This document shows positions 39,292-52,137 of a stretch of 64,000 bases of DNA, piece by piece. The DNA comes from Octopus sinensis (taxonomy: Eukaryota), in assembly GCF_006345805.1 (NCBI RefSeq), contig NC_043008.1, positions 63,860,001 through 63,924,000 of the forward strand, in the 5' to 3' direction. The notes beneath the pieces were generated by a model. It was not told where the DNA came from. It saw only the letters and a program-made list of their open reading frames with translations, and made no database searches. Numbering within the stretch: position 1 is the first letter of the stretch; every line of letters starts with the position of its first letter. The translations under genes were made by a program, and so were the position numbers.

Positions 39292-39637
39292 AAATAAATA
39301 ACATCAGATGGGTAATGTGGCAATTCACTACAGCTGTTTCCAACGAATTTTTAATTGATTAAGGGTGACATTACATCATTAAAAAAACTGTTAACGAGAT
39401 GTTCACCTCCATGATTCTGATTATAGAATGAATTTGTTAGTTCAGTTTCAGGAAGGGTCACAGAATTATGGGGCTACTCGTTCCGTTGGTTTTTGATTGT
39501 TTTTGAATATGGTGGCTCATGTATTCACCTGATGAAAATGGATTTTTCTATTGATGTAATGTCTCCATTAATCAATTAAAAATTCGTTGGAAACAGCTGT
39601 AGTGAATTGACAGATTATCCGCCTGTTGTTATTTATT
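39292..39637. repeat. ~95-bp-arm inverted repeat, ~150-bp spacer
   Basis: A 41-bp perfect core caattcactacagctgtttccaacgaatttttaattgatta and its reverse complement. Confidence 0.9.
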
Positions 39638-39939
39638 TATATATTTATGTGTGTGTGTAAGATAACTATGAATATTACTATTGTTACATTGCGATTGATT
39701 GTAGGAAACTAATTTCCTACAATGCTAAGCTATGTGACATTCAGAATCTGTCACATAGTGACGTGAGTTGCTGTAGATTGGACTTTTCAATTAAATGCGA
39801 AATTACGAAAAGAAGAAGAAAAAATAACTATAAAAGTAAGAATTTGTTTCTACTCTTACAGAATCAGATATATTTAAATATGTACCTGTGAAAAAAATAT
39901 AATAGTAATAGCAATAATGGTGAATGATGATGTTGATGA

Positions 39940-39971
<32 letters not shown>

Positions 39972-40426
39972 GTAAATAAATAAATAAATAAATAAAATAC
40001 CCAAGTGATCCACTTAGTTTTCATCAGTTCTGCTTCTAGTGTTATCTAATCTCTTATAATATCCTGGTTGGAAAGCCAAATTCCTTCACGTTTCTCTCGC
40101 AACTTGACTTTGTGATGTATGTTAAGGAAAGTCACAAGAGAGATTACATATCTTCAACAATCTGGAATTCTTCAGTGTATTATTGCATATCTAATCTGAT
40201 CTTGCTGCTGTCATACTGTATTTTAAGCACTCATTATCATTGATGTCCATCTCTTCTTATTATGTTGAAAGGAAAAGTTTATCAAGGAGCAGGAAGGAAT
40301 AAAGATTAAAGAAAGGAAGGAAGGAAGGAAGGAATTGTATCCATTACCTTTGCAGTCATGGCACTCTGTGACTGTTTATATTAGTACAATTTCCACTCAG
40401 TTTTAACAACTCTAAGTCATCTTCTG

Positions 40427-40693
40427 TGGAGGCACGTGGCTTAGTGGTTAGGGTGTTGAACTTATGATCGTAAAGTTGTGGTTTCGATTCCGAGACCGGG
40501 CGATGCGTTGTGTTCTTGAGAAAAACACTTCATTTCACGTTGATCCAGTCCACTCAGCTGGCAAAAATGAGTAATCCTGTGACAGACCGGCGTTCTGTCC
40601 CGGTGGGGAATTTCTACACCACTGAAACTGGGAAACTGGCCCTTATGAGCCTGGCATGGCTCAAGAAGAAACATTTATTATTATTTTTTTTTA
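40427..40693 (+). mobile_element. SINE family D, full length with 13-bp TSD
   Basis: TSD aagtcatcttctg at 40414-40426 and 40694-40706; tRNA-like head; (tta)n/T tail. Confidence 0.92.
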
Positions 40694-41699
40694 AAGTCAT
40701 CTTCTGCAGAAAATTTATTAATCTTGTGGGAATTCCAAACCAATTTTTGTTCTGGGGAGAAAAGAGTGGTAAGAATGGTTAGAGCAGAACCTGGGTGAAG
40801 AACCTGAGGTGCAGTAGAGAGTAGCAGAAACAGGAGAGATAGATGTATATAGAAGACTTTGCTGAAGGCAAGGAGCAGAGAATTTTTCATATTGTAAAGA
40901 AATAATAGAATAGGCAGAGAGGAGACAACATATTTGCATGTCTGACATTGTTATGTTGGTAAGTAAGACTTTGCCAACCTGAAGGCTTACTTTCTTGAGA
41001 AGTTCTAGGACAGGGGTCAGTAAACTTCTTTATGTTATTGATTCTTTCTTGGAATCATTGATGACTTATCTATCCACATTGTGTGTATTTTTAAAATAAA
41101 ATTGAAAAGCATTGTACAGCCACTGTATTCATCTTCTGAAGTAGGGCATTAATTTTTTTTTCTCAAATAATCCTCTAAGCATCAAAATATTGTTTTCTCT
41201 TTTGCATCTGTTTTAAGATAATTAGAAAATGAAAATTCATCAAAAATGCACTTTAAGATAGTCCCTGAAAATATTTGAATTACCATCAAGGTGGTGCTCC
41301 AGCATGGCTGCAGTCAAATGACTGAAACAAGTTGAAGAGTAAAAGAGTAAATGGTGATTCATGGGGTTGGAGAGAAAACTTGTAGTACTGCAGTTCTGAC
41401 CCTGCCAAATTTTCCCACATCGATGGTCATTTCATCAATGCATCAAATCACTTTCTTAGCACTTAAAAGTTTGCATTTAGGAATTGGCCAAGAGTATTTC
41501 ATTATAAGTTTCAGTGACATCTCTTACAACTGGTGGAATAATATCCTTGTCAAAGGTATGGGGTTTTCCTTTTTTTTTTGTTATATCATGAGAGATGGTG
41601 GATGATACCATCATCCCACCTTCGTAATCACAACTGGTAGATGTTTTAAAAAATGTTGTTAAGCTTTATAATCTTTTCTATAAGTACCCTAAAAATAGT

Positions 41700-41850
41700 G
41701 TAAATAACAGACAGTCAAGACTATTGAAAAGCTTGCAAGACGCACCGAAAATTTTAGAAAAATAAAAATAAGAAATAAGTGGAAATTTTACCGGTGTGTG
41801 TGTTAGATTATAAGGCACAAAAAGAAAATGACTCTCCCCAGACAACAGAA
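41700..41850 (+). repeat. Single-arm copy of the 9.7/15.6-kb repeat family
   Basis: gactattgaaaagcttgcaagacgcaccgaaaattttag...gaaaatgactctccccagac. Confidence 0.8.
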
Positions 41851-42354
41851 TGAAGATATTTGTTTTATTTTTATTTTTATTCGTATTTTTTTTTCTTTTC
41901 ATTTTATCAGATTGAACCTTCTCAAAATAGTCTTTCAACTTTGCAAGCTTGATGACATCATTACTGAAAATTTGTTTCACATGACACATAGGTATAGTTT
42001 TGTTGGCAAATGATGGCATAATCTAAATTTTAATTACTTTGCAAATACTAATGGCTCTTTTTACTATTGGGGATTGTCATGATGAATGCAAAATTTTAAA
42101 ACTACGTCGTGTAAATTCAAAATTGTCTGGCCACTGAGATTACTCTAAAGTAAATGGGAAATAAGTGCACACCACTATTGAGTGTGTCTGTTATGATGTC
42201 TTATGAAAAGTGTGAACTTCTTGTTAATTGTCTTTCTAATTGATCAGCTGGTGTTTCACAATTACCAGGTGTCTGCTAACAATAATAAATCTGCAAAAGC
42301 ATTAGGAATTTCAATATTGTATTTCAGAAGGACCTTTTTAAATCAAATCTTATT

Positions 42355-43412
42355 GATGTTAAAAAAAATTAGTTTGCCACGTAAAAGCACCATCCGTTCG
42401 TGTTCGTTGCCAGCCTCGCCTGGCCCCGTGCCGGTGACACGTAAAAGCACCGTCCGTTCGTGGCCGTTTGCCAGCTCTGTCTGGCCCCGTGTCGGTGGCA
42501 CGTAAAAGCACCATCCGTTCGTGGCCGTTTGCCAGCTCTGTCTGGCCCCGTGTCGGTGGCATGTAAAAGCACCATCCGTCCGTGTCCGTTGCCAGCCTCG
42601 GCTGGCCCCCGTGCCGGTGACACATAAAAGCACCGTCCGCTCGTGGCCGTTTGCCAGCTCTGTCTGGCAACCGTGTCGGTGGCACGTAAAAGCACCATCC
42701 GTTCGCGTCCGTTGCCAGCCTCGGCTGGCCCCCGTGCCGGTGACACATAAAAGCACCGTGTCCGTTCGTGGCCGGCTGCCAGCTCTGTCTGGCCCCGTGT
42801 CGGTGGCACGTAAAAGCACCATCCGTTCGTGTCCGTTGCCAGCATCGCCTGGCCCCGTGCCGGTGGCACGTAAAAGCACCATCCGTTCGTGGCCGTTCGC
42901 CAGCTCTGTCTGGCACCTGTGCAGGTGGCACGTAAAAAAACACCCACTACACTCGCGGAGTGGTTGGCGTTAGGAAGGGCATCCAGCCGTAGAAACACTG
43001 ATCAATTAGAAAGATGTTTCTACGGCTGATGTTAAAAAAAAATTAGTTTGCCACGTAAAAGCACCATCCGTTCGTGTTCGTTGCCAGCCTCGCCTGGCCC
43101 CGTGCCGGTGACACGTAAAAGCACCGTCCGTTCGTGGCCGTTTGCCAGCTCTGTCTGGCCCCGTGTCGGTGGCACGTAAAAGCACCATCCGTTCGTGGCC
43201 GTTCGCCAGCTCTGTCTGGCACCTGTGCAGGTGGCACGTAAAAAAACACCCACTACACTCGCGGAGTGGTTGGCGTTAGGAAGGGCATCCAGCCGTAGAA
43301 ACACTGCCAGATCTGACTGGGCCTGACGAAGCCTTCCAGCTTCACAGACCCCAGTTGACCCGTCCAACCCATGCTAGCATGGAAAGCGGACGCTAAACGA
43401 TGATGATGATTT
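42355..43412 (+). repeat. SINE A with an expanded ~61-bp GC-rich array, tandemly duplicated (9 units then 3 units)
   Basis: taaaagcacc-anchored units at 42381-42932 and 43055-43240. Both copies begin tgatgttaaaaaaaattagtttgccacg. Confidence 0.92.
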
Positions 43413-43879
43413 TAATACCCTTAATGTTCAAAATCGTTTCAAATGTTTTTTAATCTTTCAGACACCCACATTGACCCATAGGGAACAATACTGACCATTT
43501 TTCTGACTCTTGCTCTGGGATATTTGTGTGCCAACTGCATCATCCATGATGTTGCGAAGGAAGAATTTTTCAAAATGTGAAAGGGTAAAGATCCCTTTGG
43601 TTATGAATGACCATGAGATTGCACCCAGAAAGCTACCTGCTGAGACACAAGTCTGGGCAAGGTTGTTTATGGAAGACCAGCAGTTTCTACAGCTGAGTGA
43701 ACTGAAACAACATGAAATAAAGTGTCTTGCTCAAGAACACAACACACAGCCCAGTTCAGGAACCAAACTCACTACCTCATAATAGTGAGCCCAAAGCTCT
43801 AACCACTGAGCCATGTGCAATTTTTCCCACTTCATCTTTAGTTGGAAAATATTTTTTTACTTCTTCTGATTGAGTTCTA

Positions 43880-44210
43880 CAGTTGTGTCTAAAAGTCTTC
43901 TACTATAGCCTCAGGCCGACCAAAGCCTTGTGAGTGGATATGGTAGATGGAAACTGAAAGAAGCCCGTCGTATATATGTATATGTATATATATGTGTTTG
44001 CGTGTCTGTGTTTGTTCCCCCAACATCGCTTAACAACTGATGCCTGTGTGTTTACATCCCTGTAACTTAGCATTTCGGCAAAAGAGACTGATAGAATAAG
44101 TACTTGGCTTACAAAGGATAAGTCCTGGGGTCAATTTGCTCAACTAAAAGGTAGTGCTCCAGCATGGCCACAGTCAAATGACTGAAACAAGTAAAAGAGT
44201 AAAAGAGTGT
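43880..44210 (+). mobile_element. SINE family B, 5'-truncated
   Basis: gtcttctactatagcctc...gtaaaagagtaaaagagt. Confidence 0.85.
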
Positions 44211-44307
44211 GTGTTTGTTGTTTTTATCTCCTTGGTCTTGATATTGTGTGATAGATGTAAGTATCACTGTCATTCAAGAAGTGATATATATATTTCCATA
44301 TATATGA

Positions 44308-44905
44308 CGGCGAGCTGGCAGAAACGTTAGCATGCCGGGCAAAATGCTTAGCAGTATTTCGTCCGTGTTACGTTGTGAGTTCAAATTCCGCCGAGGTTGA
44401 GTTTGCCTTTCATCCTTTCGGGGTCGATAAATTAGATACCAGTTACGCACTGGGGTCGATGTAATCGACTTAATACCTATGTCTGTCCTTGTTTGTCCCC
44501 TCTGTGTTTAGCCCCTTGTGGGTAATAAAGAAATAAGTATTTCGTCTGCTGTTACTTTGTGAGTTCAAATTCCGCCGAGGTCGACTTTGCCTTTCATCCT
44601 TTCGGGGTCGATAAATTAAGTACCAGTTACGCACTGGGGTCGATGTAATCGACTCAATACCTATGTCTGTCCTTCATTGTCCCCTCTGTGTTTAGCCCCT
44701 TGTGGGTAATAAAGAAATAAGTATTTCGTCTGCTGTTACTTTGTGAGTTCAAATTCCGCCGAGGTCAACTTTGCCTTTCATCCTTTCGGGGTCGATAAAT
44801 TAAGTACCAGTTACGCACTGGGGTCGATGTAATCGACTTAATACCTATGTCTGTCCTTGTTTGTCCCCTCTGTGTTTAGCCCCTTGTGGGTAATAAAGAA
44901 ATAGG
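44308..44905 (+). mobile_element. SINE family C head followed by three tandem ~184-bp bodies
   Basis: agtatttcgt...gggtaataaagaaata occurs three times. Confidence 0.9.
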
Positions 44906-45299
44906 TATATATATTTCCAGACGTCTGTGAAAACATGTCTGGCCAGGAAAGAATACAAACTTAGTCAGAAACAGGTTTGGTTTGGCAATGAGAAAGGCAT
45001 CCAAGCATTGAAAATCTGCCTCAACAAATTTCATATAACTCATGCAAAAATGGAAAACAGTAAAATGACAACGATGGTGGTGGTGGTAATGGGGGTGATG
45101 GTGATGATGATGAGGATAAGGAGGAGGACAATGACGACGATGACGTACCTACTACAAGCTTTGAAAAATTACCATCATAGTCTACTCTAATAAAGACTGC
45201 TTGAAAAAAAATTATGAGGTTAATTAATTATATATCAAACAGTACAATTTTACAAGTATAATGAGGGGTATCTAATACTTAATAATACAAATTTCGGTG

Positions 45300-45450
45300 A
45301 GAGTAGTGAAGATTGAACTTATCAATATTTGCATTATTTGTCATTCGTTTTCTTGTTCTTGTTGTTGTTGTTCTTCTTCTTCTTCTTCTTCTTCTTCTTC
45401 TTCTTCTTCTTCTTCTCCTTCTTCTTCTTCTCTCTTCTTCTTCTTCTTCT

Positions 45451-45483
<33 letters not shown>

Positions 45484-45680
45484 CCTCCTTCTTCTTCTTC
45501 TTCTCCTTCTTCTTCTTCTCCTCCTCCTCCTCCTCCTTCTCCTCCTCTTCTTCTTCTTCTTCTTATTCTATGAAAGGCACCAGGAGTCATGGTCCTCCAC
45601 CATTACAACCACCACCACTAACACAACAACAAGTGCAACATGCAAGAACAACAACAAGTGCAACATGCAAGAATGAAATG
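45300..45680. repeat. (TTC)n/(TCC)n/(CAA)n simple repeats
   Basis: Directly visible. Confidence 0.95.
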
Positions 45681-46229
45681 GAAGCGTGGGTGGTTGTTGA
45701 TGAATTTTATGCTTTTTTTATTTCATTTTTCTTTTAACTTCACACTCTGATCCTAAATATATATATAGGACCACCACCAAGTCCCAAAAGAATTTAAAAC
45801 TGAAGTTATTATCACCATTTTTAAGAAAGGAGATTGAAAATCTTGTGAGGATTAGCATGAAATTATCATAGATTTTTACCACCACCAGCAATAATAGAAA
45901 TGTACAATGAAAAGATAATAGAGAGAACGGTTATTGTTGTTATTATTTTATCTTGCTTTCTTAGCATTTTTCTCCAACATTTTTATTTTCTTTTGATTTC
46001 ACACTCTGATCCTGAAAATATCAGCACAAAGCCAAATCCCAAAGGAATTTTAAAATACAGTTATTATTACCATCTCCAAGATAGGAGTTTAAAAATCTTA
46101 TGGGAATCTACAAGGAATACCATTGCTATACAATGCAGGAAAAATATTTGTTATAATCTTTTTTAATTCTACTTGTTCCTTTAACATAATCCACAATCAG
46201 ATTCAATGTGACTACTGTGTGTTAAAACA

Positions 46230-48130
46230 AGATGCATTCCAGAAATCTTGAAGTTTTTCAGAAGAGGTATTAATTTCAAAGAAGTACAAATCTTTAATCT
46301 CATTCAAAGTAGGCTTCTCTGATTTTATTACATCCTTACATCTCCAGTATTGTAGAACAGCCGATATTGTCAACGATGAAGAATACACAACTATACATAA
46401 TAGATACACTGGCAGTAACAAACACGTACCGAACCAACAATCAATATTTCCAACACACTAACTCAACCTGTAAACTGTACCTGGACTTCAAAGACCAAAC
46501 TATGAACTGCCAACTACATCAGACTGCTACTATTTATATGTAGTGGTCCCGTCTATTCTTGTCAGAGGGCGTTGTACTTTCATCACAACATCTCCCCTCT
46601 CTCTCTTTCGGAGAGGCACTGAGCAGCTATACGCACACATACACACACGGCAGTAACTCCTGCCTACCGAATTCAATCACAAAGCTCCGGTCGGCTCAGG
46701 GCTATAGTAGAAGACACCTACCCAAAGTGCCACGCAGTGGGACTAAACCCGAAACCATGTAGCTAGGAAGCAAGCTCCCTAACCACACAGCCATGCCCTT
46801 TTTGAAGTTTCAAATAAAGAAATTTTGTTTGTTATTACCAATTTTTAGTAACTTCTTTGCTTGGGCCTTATATCAAGGTGTTCAGTCTGCTTCCATTTTT
46901 TCATACTGATTCTTCAGGACTCCATTACATGCTGTGCTGGGACATCGAATACATCAAAAAATATTTCCATAGGAATTTCTCTCCATTCTTCAGTATGTGT
47001 CTTCTTCAGCTGATCTATGTCTCTCCTATGTTCCCAGTGTGGTCGTTTGATTTGATACATCATACATCCTATTTTCCAGTTACAAGGCCATTCTCCCAGC
47101 CTTCTTTACCATTTCTGTAGGTTTTAAAATGCACCCAACAATTCTTTAAATTCTTTAAAGGGTTTAAAATGCACACTACAATTCTTTGTGCATACATCAG
47201 AATATTGCCGCATGTTGAAAAACTACTTGAATTTGTATTCTTATTTTGCTTGTATTTTTAAAGCTTCTTTCATTTTTGTAATATACTCATCGCCTACACA
47301 TTTCATTCTTATATCTTGTGCAGTCACTGGTAGTTCTTGAATAACATTAGTCATAAAACTTTTTATCTCATTTTCTGCATGCAGTGCAGCTATCATGATA
47401 TTTTCTAGTGGTTCCATATTTTGGGGAATTAGTCTTAATAGACAGTCTGCATGACCAATATTTTCGATGGAATATACTGCATTTTGAAATTGTAATTTAG
47501 TTATATTATACCCCCAACATTGTAGTCAGTTCGCAGTATGGGTAGGTAACCTTTTCTTTGACCCATGAATTGATAGCAATAGTTGATGATCTGTTTGTAA
47601 TTACAAACTGTACCTGGACTTTGAAAACCAAACTACAAGCTGCCAACTACATCAGACTGCTGCTATTTATATGTAGTGGTCGTGTCTATTCACATCTGAG
47701 GGTATCGTGCTCTCACCACAATAGTTTTCAATGCACTTCTTGTAGTGCTTCAACCATTTTGTGAAGTCTCCATGGAAGTCTCCAAAAGGGAAGGTGTCCA
47801 GAACCATTGTCACAGCTTCTTTCATCTTCTTCAGCTTGGGGAACAACCAAAAGTTACAGGGAGCAAGGTCTGGACTGTAGGAAGATTGAAGGACAATTTT
47901 AATGACCATCTCTGTCAAATAGTTATCAGAATGGAATTGTGGACTTGTGCAGATGCCCTCTGGACTTTTCTGAGGAAATCTCTTCCTGAACTCCCTCAAA
48001 ACCTCCACAAAGTACTTTTTATTGTCTGTCTGGCCAAAGGGAATCCAGTGGATGTAGATGATACCTTTGCTGTCAGAAAAGAGGATCATCATATACGTCC
48101 CAGTGGACTTGGCTTGCATTATATTTTACA
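46230..48130 (-). mobile_element. mariner (DD34D) relic split by a nested Gypsy relic
   Basis: ORF 47667-48119 (MILFSDSKGII...YSPDLAPCNFWLFPKLK...YKKCIE) stops at 47722. The expected tail (aatcagagaagcctactttgaatgagattaa) resumes at ~46325 and runs to a degenerate TIR near 46230. Confidence 0.75.
46351..47720 (-). mobile_element. Deleted Gypsy relic related to the 23.7-kb element
   Basis: Partial LTR 47720-47608 is fused to TDHQLLLS...IGHADCLLRLIP...ELPVTAQDI...LMYAQRIVV and the integrase C-terminus. Then PPT 46591-46606 and a complete LTR 46590-46351 (tgttgtg...ctaca). A SINE B head is inserted at ~46640-46797. Confidence 0.8.
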
Positions 48131-48579
48131 TTATATCTTCTTTTTCTCTTCATATTCTGATTGCATTCAGCAAACTAGTAATCTGTGGCAAGTATTACTT
48201 AGTAGAGTATGTTCAAAGTGCTGTTACAGCCATTTACTTCAATCTGGAATTACAAAAAAAAAAAAAACAATAGCTGGCAGGTCAGTTTATAAGATGTAAA
48301 GTAATAATATAATAAAATTACAATAACCCAGGACAATTATAAATGCCTCTCCTCAAAGGGTCTCAAGACTTGTGGAATGAACTTCATACAATGACTTCCT
48401 GAATCGCAGGTGTATGCCATTTAAGGAGGCATTTACAGCTTTGGTCAACCTGATTTCTATCATAATTTTCAATCAACCCAAGCATATCCTAGAAAATATA
48501 TGCCCTAGGTGTCACTCAGTGGGACTGAACTGCGATATAATGTTCAAAATGATAACATAAAAGAGCACAACCAAATACT

Positions 48580-49058
48580 CATTTACTCTTTTACTTGTTT
48601 CAGTCATTTGACTGCGGCCATGCTGGGGCTCGATTTGCTTTAGTCGAGCAAATCGACCCCCAGGACTTATTCTTTGTAAGCCTAGTTCTTATTCTATCAG
48701 TCCCTTTAGTCGAGCAAATCGACCCCAGGACTTATTCTTTGTAAGCCTACTTCTTATTCTATCAGTCCCTTTTGCCGAACCGCTAAGTTACGGTGACATA
48801 AACACACCAGCATCGGTTGTCAAGTGATGTTGAGGGTGGGGGGACAAGCACAGACACACAAATATATACACACAAACATATATATATACATATATACGAC
48901 AGGCTTCTTTCCCTTTCTGTCTACCAAATCCACTCACAAGGCTTTGGTCGGCCTGAGGCTATAGTAGAAGACACTTGCCCCATGTGCCATGCAGTGGGAC
49001 CGAACCCAGAACCATGTGGTTGGTAAGCAAGCTACTTACCACACAGCCACTCCTGCAC
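48580..49058 (-). mobile_element. SINE family B with an internal ~66-bp tandem duplication
   Basis: ttagtcgagcaaatcgaccccaggacttattctttgtaagccta... occurs twice. Confidence 0.9.
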
Positions 49059-49919
49059 CTACAAGATATTTATTCAACACTCTCCTGATTTTGTCGTCCA
49101 TCATTATATATATCTATATATGTAGAGACAATGGCAACCAAACCTGAGATATTCAATTTCTCTTCCATTTCAATTAGTGTTATATTCTATACATATTAGG
49201 AAGCTTTCACTATAACTAAGTGTCAATATGTTTTATTAGCCGTTTTTCACATGGCTACAAAATTTATATAAAATAGCAATTACATCATAGAAGAGACATT
49301 TTAGCTACCTAAAAGCACACAAAACCTGATATATATTCACTTTACATTTATTTCATAAGATGTCAAAAGGGAATTGTGTGAATGACCAGGTTAGAGTAGT
49401 GGTACGATAAAAATTTTGTCACCTCACAAACTAAATGAAAAGTGAAGAGAAGAATTTATGTCTATTCTTAGCTGGGGAAAATGGTTCTTCCATAATATAG
49501 CTGCATCAGTTTAGATACATCATCTAAATTCAATACACTGACCATTCAAAATATAAAAGACTTTGGTTTCAGAGGAAATTTTGGAACTTCATTTCACTTT
49601 TATATGGGAAGCATTTCACCGATATTGTAGTCTTCTGGAAGAATTCTGCAAAGTGGGGTGGGGGATGGCATCAAGGTGAATTCTCTTGCTGTATTATCAT
49701 CTTTCATCATAACCATCATCATCTTCCTTTAACATCTATTTTTTACAAGGGCATGGCTTGGACGATTTGACCAGAGCTGGCAAGCAGAAGAGTTGCACTA
49801 GGTTCCAGTCTGATTTAACTTGGTCTCTACATCTGGATGCCCTTTCTAATGCCAACCACTTTCCAGTGCATGCTAGGTACTTTTAACCTGGTACTAGCAT
49901 ATATATGTATGTGTGTATA

Positions 49920-50110
49920 CATCGCCATGATAGATCGTTAGCCACTACACACATATTTTTTCTCTCCTTGTTTTTTCTGTGTACCTTTCTGTAGAAGAGC
50001 GTAGGCTCGAAACGTAAAAGACTTTTTCTATTCCTAAGCTTTATACTAATACATCTGTTTGTTTTGTACACCACCTATCTTTGTCTTTTGTTTTTTTCAT
50101 AAACTTTCCC
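49920..50110 (+). mobile_element. Penelope-like tail with minimal hammerhead-type motif (49985-50020)
   Basis: cttt-CTGTAGA-a-gagc-gtag-gctc-GAAA-cgta-aaag. Confidence 0.75.
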
Positions 50111-50145
<35 letters not shown>

Positions 50146-50317
50146 ATACATATATATATTTTTTTTTTATGTGCCCTTTTCAAGCCTAGCCACCACCCTC
50201 TGCCGGGGTGGTAAAGGTCATGGATGGAACACCACTGAATATATAAGCTACTTTACCAGACTTATCTAAAAATAATTTCACCAATACCCACAAGCAAGAA
50301 CAAAAACAACAACAACA

Positions 50318-50355
<38 letters not shown>

Positions 50356-51041
50356 ATTATTTCAGAAATATGCAGATTTGTTTTATCATATTTCTTTTTT
50401 ATATTTCTGTAAGTTTTAAAGTAATTAATCATTACAGTACGCATTCAATGTAATGAAAGATGTGCTGAATCTCTTTTAATTTCTTGTGCTGCTTGATAGG
50501 CATAAAATAAAATTAATCTGGAATCTATCTGCAAACATGTTTCAAGATGTTTTAAGTTTTAGAAAAAAAGAAAGAAGGAAAAATATGGGGAATTAGAATT
50601 ATACAATTTGACAGGAGGAAAATATAAAACTTATGTAATTGGGATATAAAATTATTTTCTGATAGAACAGAAATGAATCTGACATTTGGTTAGCCAATTA
50701 ATTTTTAGTTATTCCATTAGGACATATATTTATAGAGTTCTCTGTATCTCCGAAACCACCAAAACAACACTAATATGATTCTGCTAATTTGCCATTTCTC
50801 ATTTATCACTTTATTCCTTGTATCACCTGGAATTTAAAACAAATATTGTGTATTCATTTATTTACTAACATGTCTAGACAAATTTTATCTTTTATAAACC
50901 AGCAACAAATGTTGTTAACTAAAGCCAATTATAATGATTTCATGAATTTTGCAACACAAATACAGTTGAAATTACAATGATACATGAAACCTAAAAGAAT
51001 GTAGAATATTAAAACCTTCTGTTTCTGTCTGTGCTTAAATA

Positions 51042-51578
51042 TTGGGTTGTCCGGAAAGTTCAATCCGATTTTTAAAGGAAAGAAAAAGGTCAATAAATAC
51101 TTGTCATTACATTTTTAATCAACCAAATACAAACCATTTTGTTGCACAATGCGTCTCCATCTTTCCTTTAACTTGAAAATACCCACTTCCCAGAACTGAG
51201 GTGGTTTCATGGCAAAGAATTCATCAACGTATCTTTTTACGTCATCCAAGGAATTGAAATTTTTACCATTAAGACTACTCTGCAGAGACCTGAATAAGTG
51301 GAAATCCAAAGGAGCAATATCTGGTGAATATGGAGGGTGGGGTAACACATCCAAGCCGAGGTGCAGCAATTTTTTGTCTGGCTCTCAAAGCATCAAGTGC
51401 CGAAAATGAACTTTCTTATCTTCCATTTTAAAGGGTTACAGAATTAACACAGGTTATAGCTTAAAGTGTGCTCTAAATGGAGGTGTAGTCAAATCCTATT
51501 TTATGGACTCAGCCATGTTCTAAAATAAGTCGAAATGTAAGCTACTATAAATCGGCACGAACTTTCCAGACAACCCGA
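51042..51578 (-). mobile_element. Internally deleted mariner with both TIRs and TA TSD
   Basis: TA-ttgggttgtccggaaagttc ... gaactttccagacaacccga-TA; ORF 51115-51369 LPHPPYSPDIAPLDFHLFRSL. Confidence 0.92.
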
Positions 51579-52106
51579 TAGATTTTAAACTTCCTTCTCT
51601 GCAATGGACTATATATTCGTTCATTAAACTGCTACTATGCTAGGTCACTACCTTCATGGGTTGAGTCTATTATATTAGCTCCAGTACATATCTATTGATC
51701 GATGTTTATTAAAAGGTTAATAGTTTTTCTTTACATAAAGGGAAGCAACACTAGTTTCACTTTACACCAATAAGGATAATCCCTGACATTGATAAAGACG
51801 AAAAATGTATATGCACAAATAAATCATCATCATCATCACTACCATCTTCATCATTGTCATCATTGTCATTATCATTCTCATGATTGTCGTCGTCGTCGTT
51901 TTAATGTCCACTCTTCCATGTTTTTGTGAAACAAAGGAAGTTCGTTGAGGCAGACTTTTTATAACCAGATGCCAACTCTTACTTGATGCCATGTAAGGCA
52001 ATATTTGCCCATGACCAGACGTTTTTAGGAAAGATTGGAAAGAAATGACACAGCTTGTGTGATGGTGACTCTTGCGTAGAATTTTCCACATGGTGTCAAG
52101 ATGGGA

Positions 52107-52137
<31 letters not shown>

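Noticed and set aside
40427-40500. tRNA gene (also near 32480-32554, 53232, 62300)
   Set aside because: A and B boxes run directly into SINE bodies, with TSDs at two of them; these are tRNA-derived SINE heads.
42343-43367. Long overlapping ORFs (up to 209 aa) and a CRISPR-like look
   Set aside because: GC-rich tandem units are open in several frames at once, there are no unique spacers or cas genes, and the array is part of SINE A.
45279-45737. Poly-E/R/S/L/F ORFs
   Set aside because: These are translations of (TTC)n/(TCC)n repeats.
46212-46421. ORF resembling a signal-peptide protein (MLLPVYLLCIVVY...)
   Set aside because: It starts at a non-ATG codon and overlaps the Gypsy LTR U5 region and the mariner tail.
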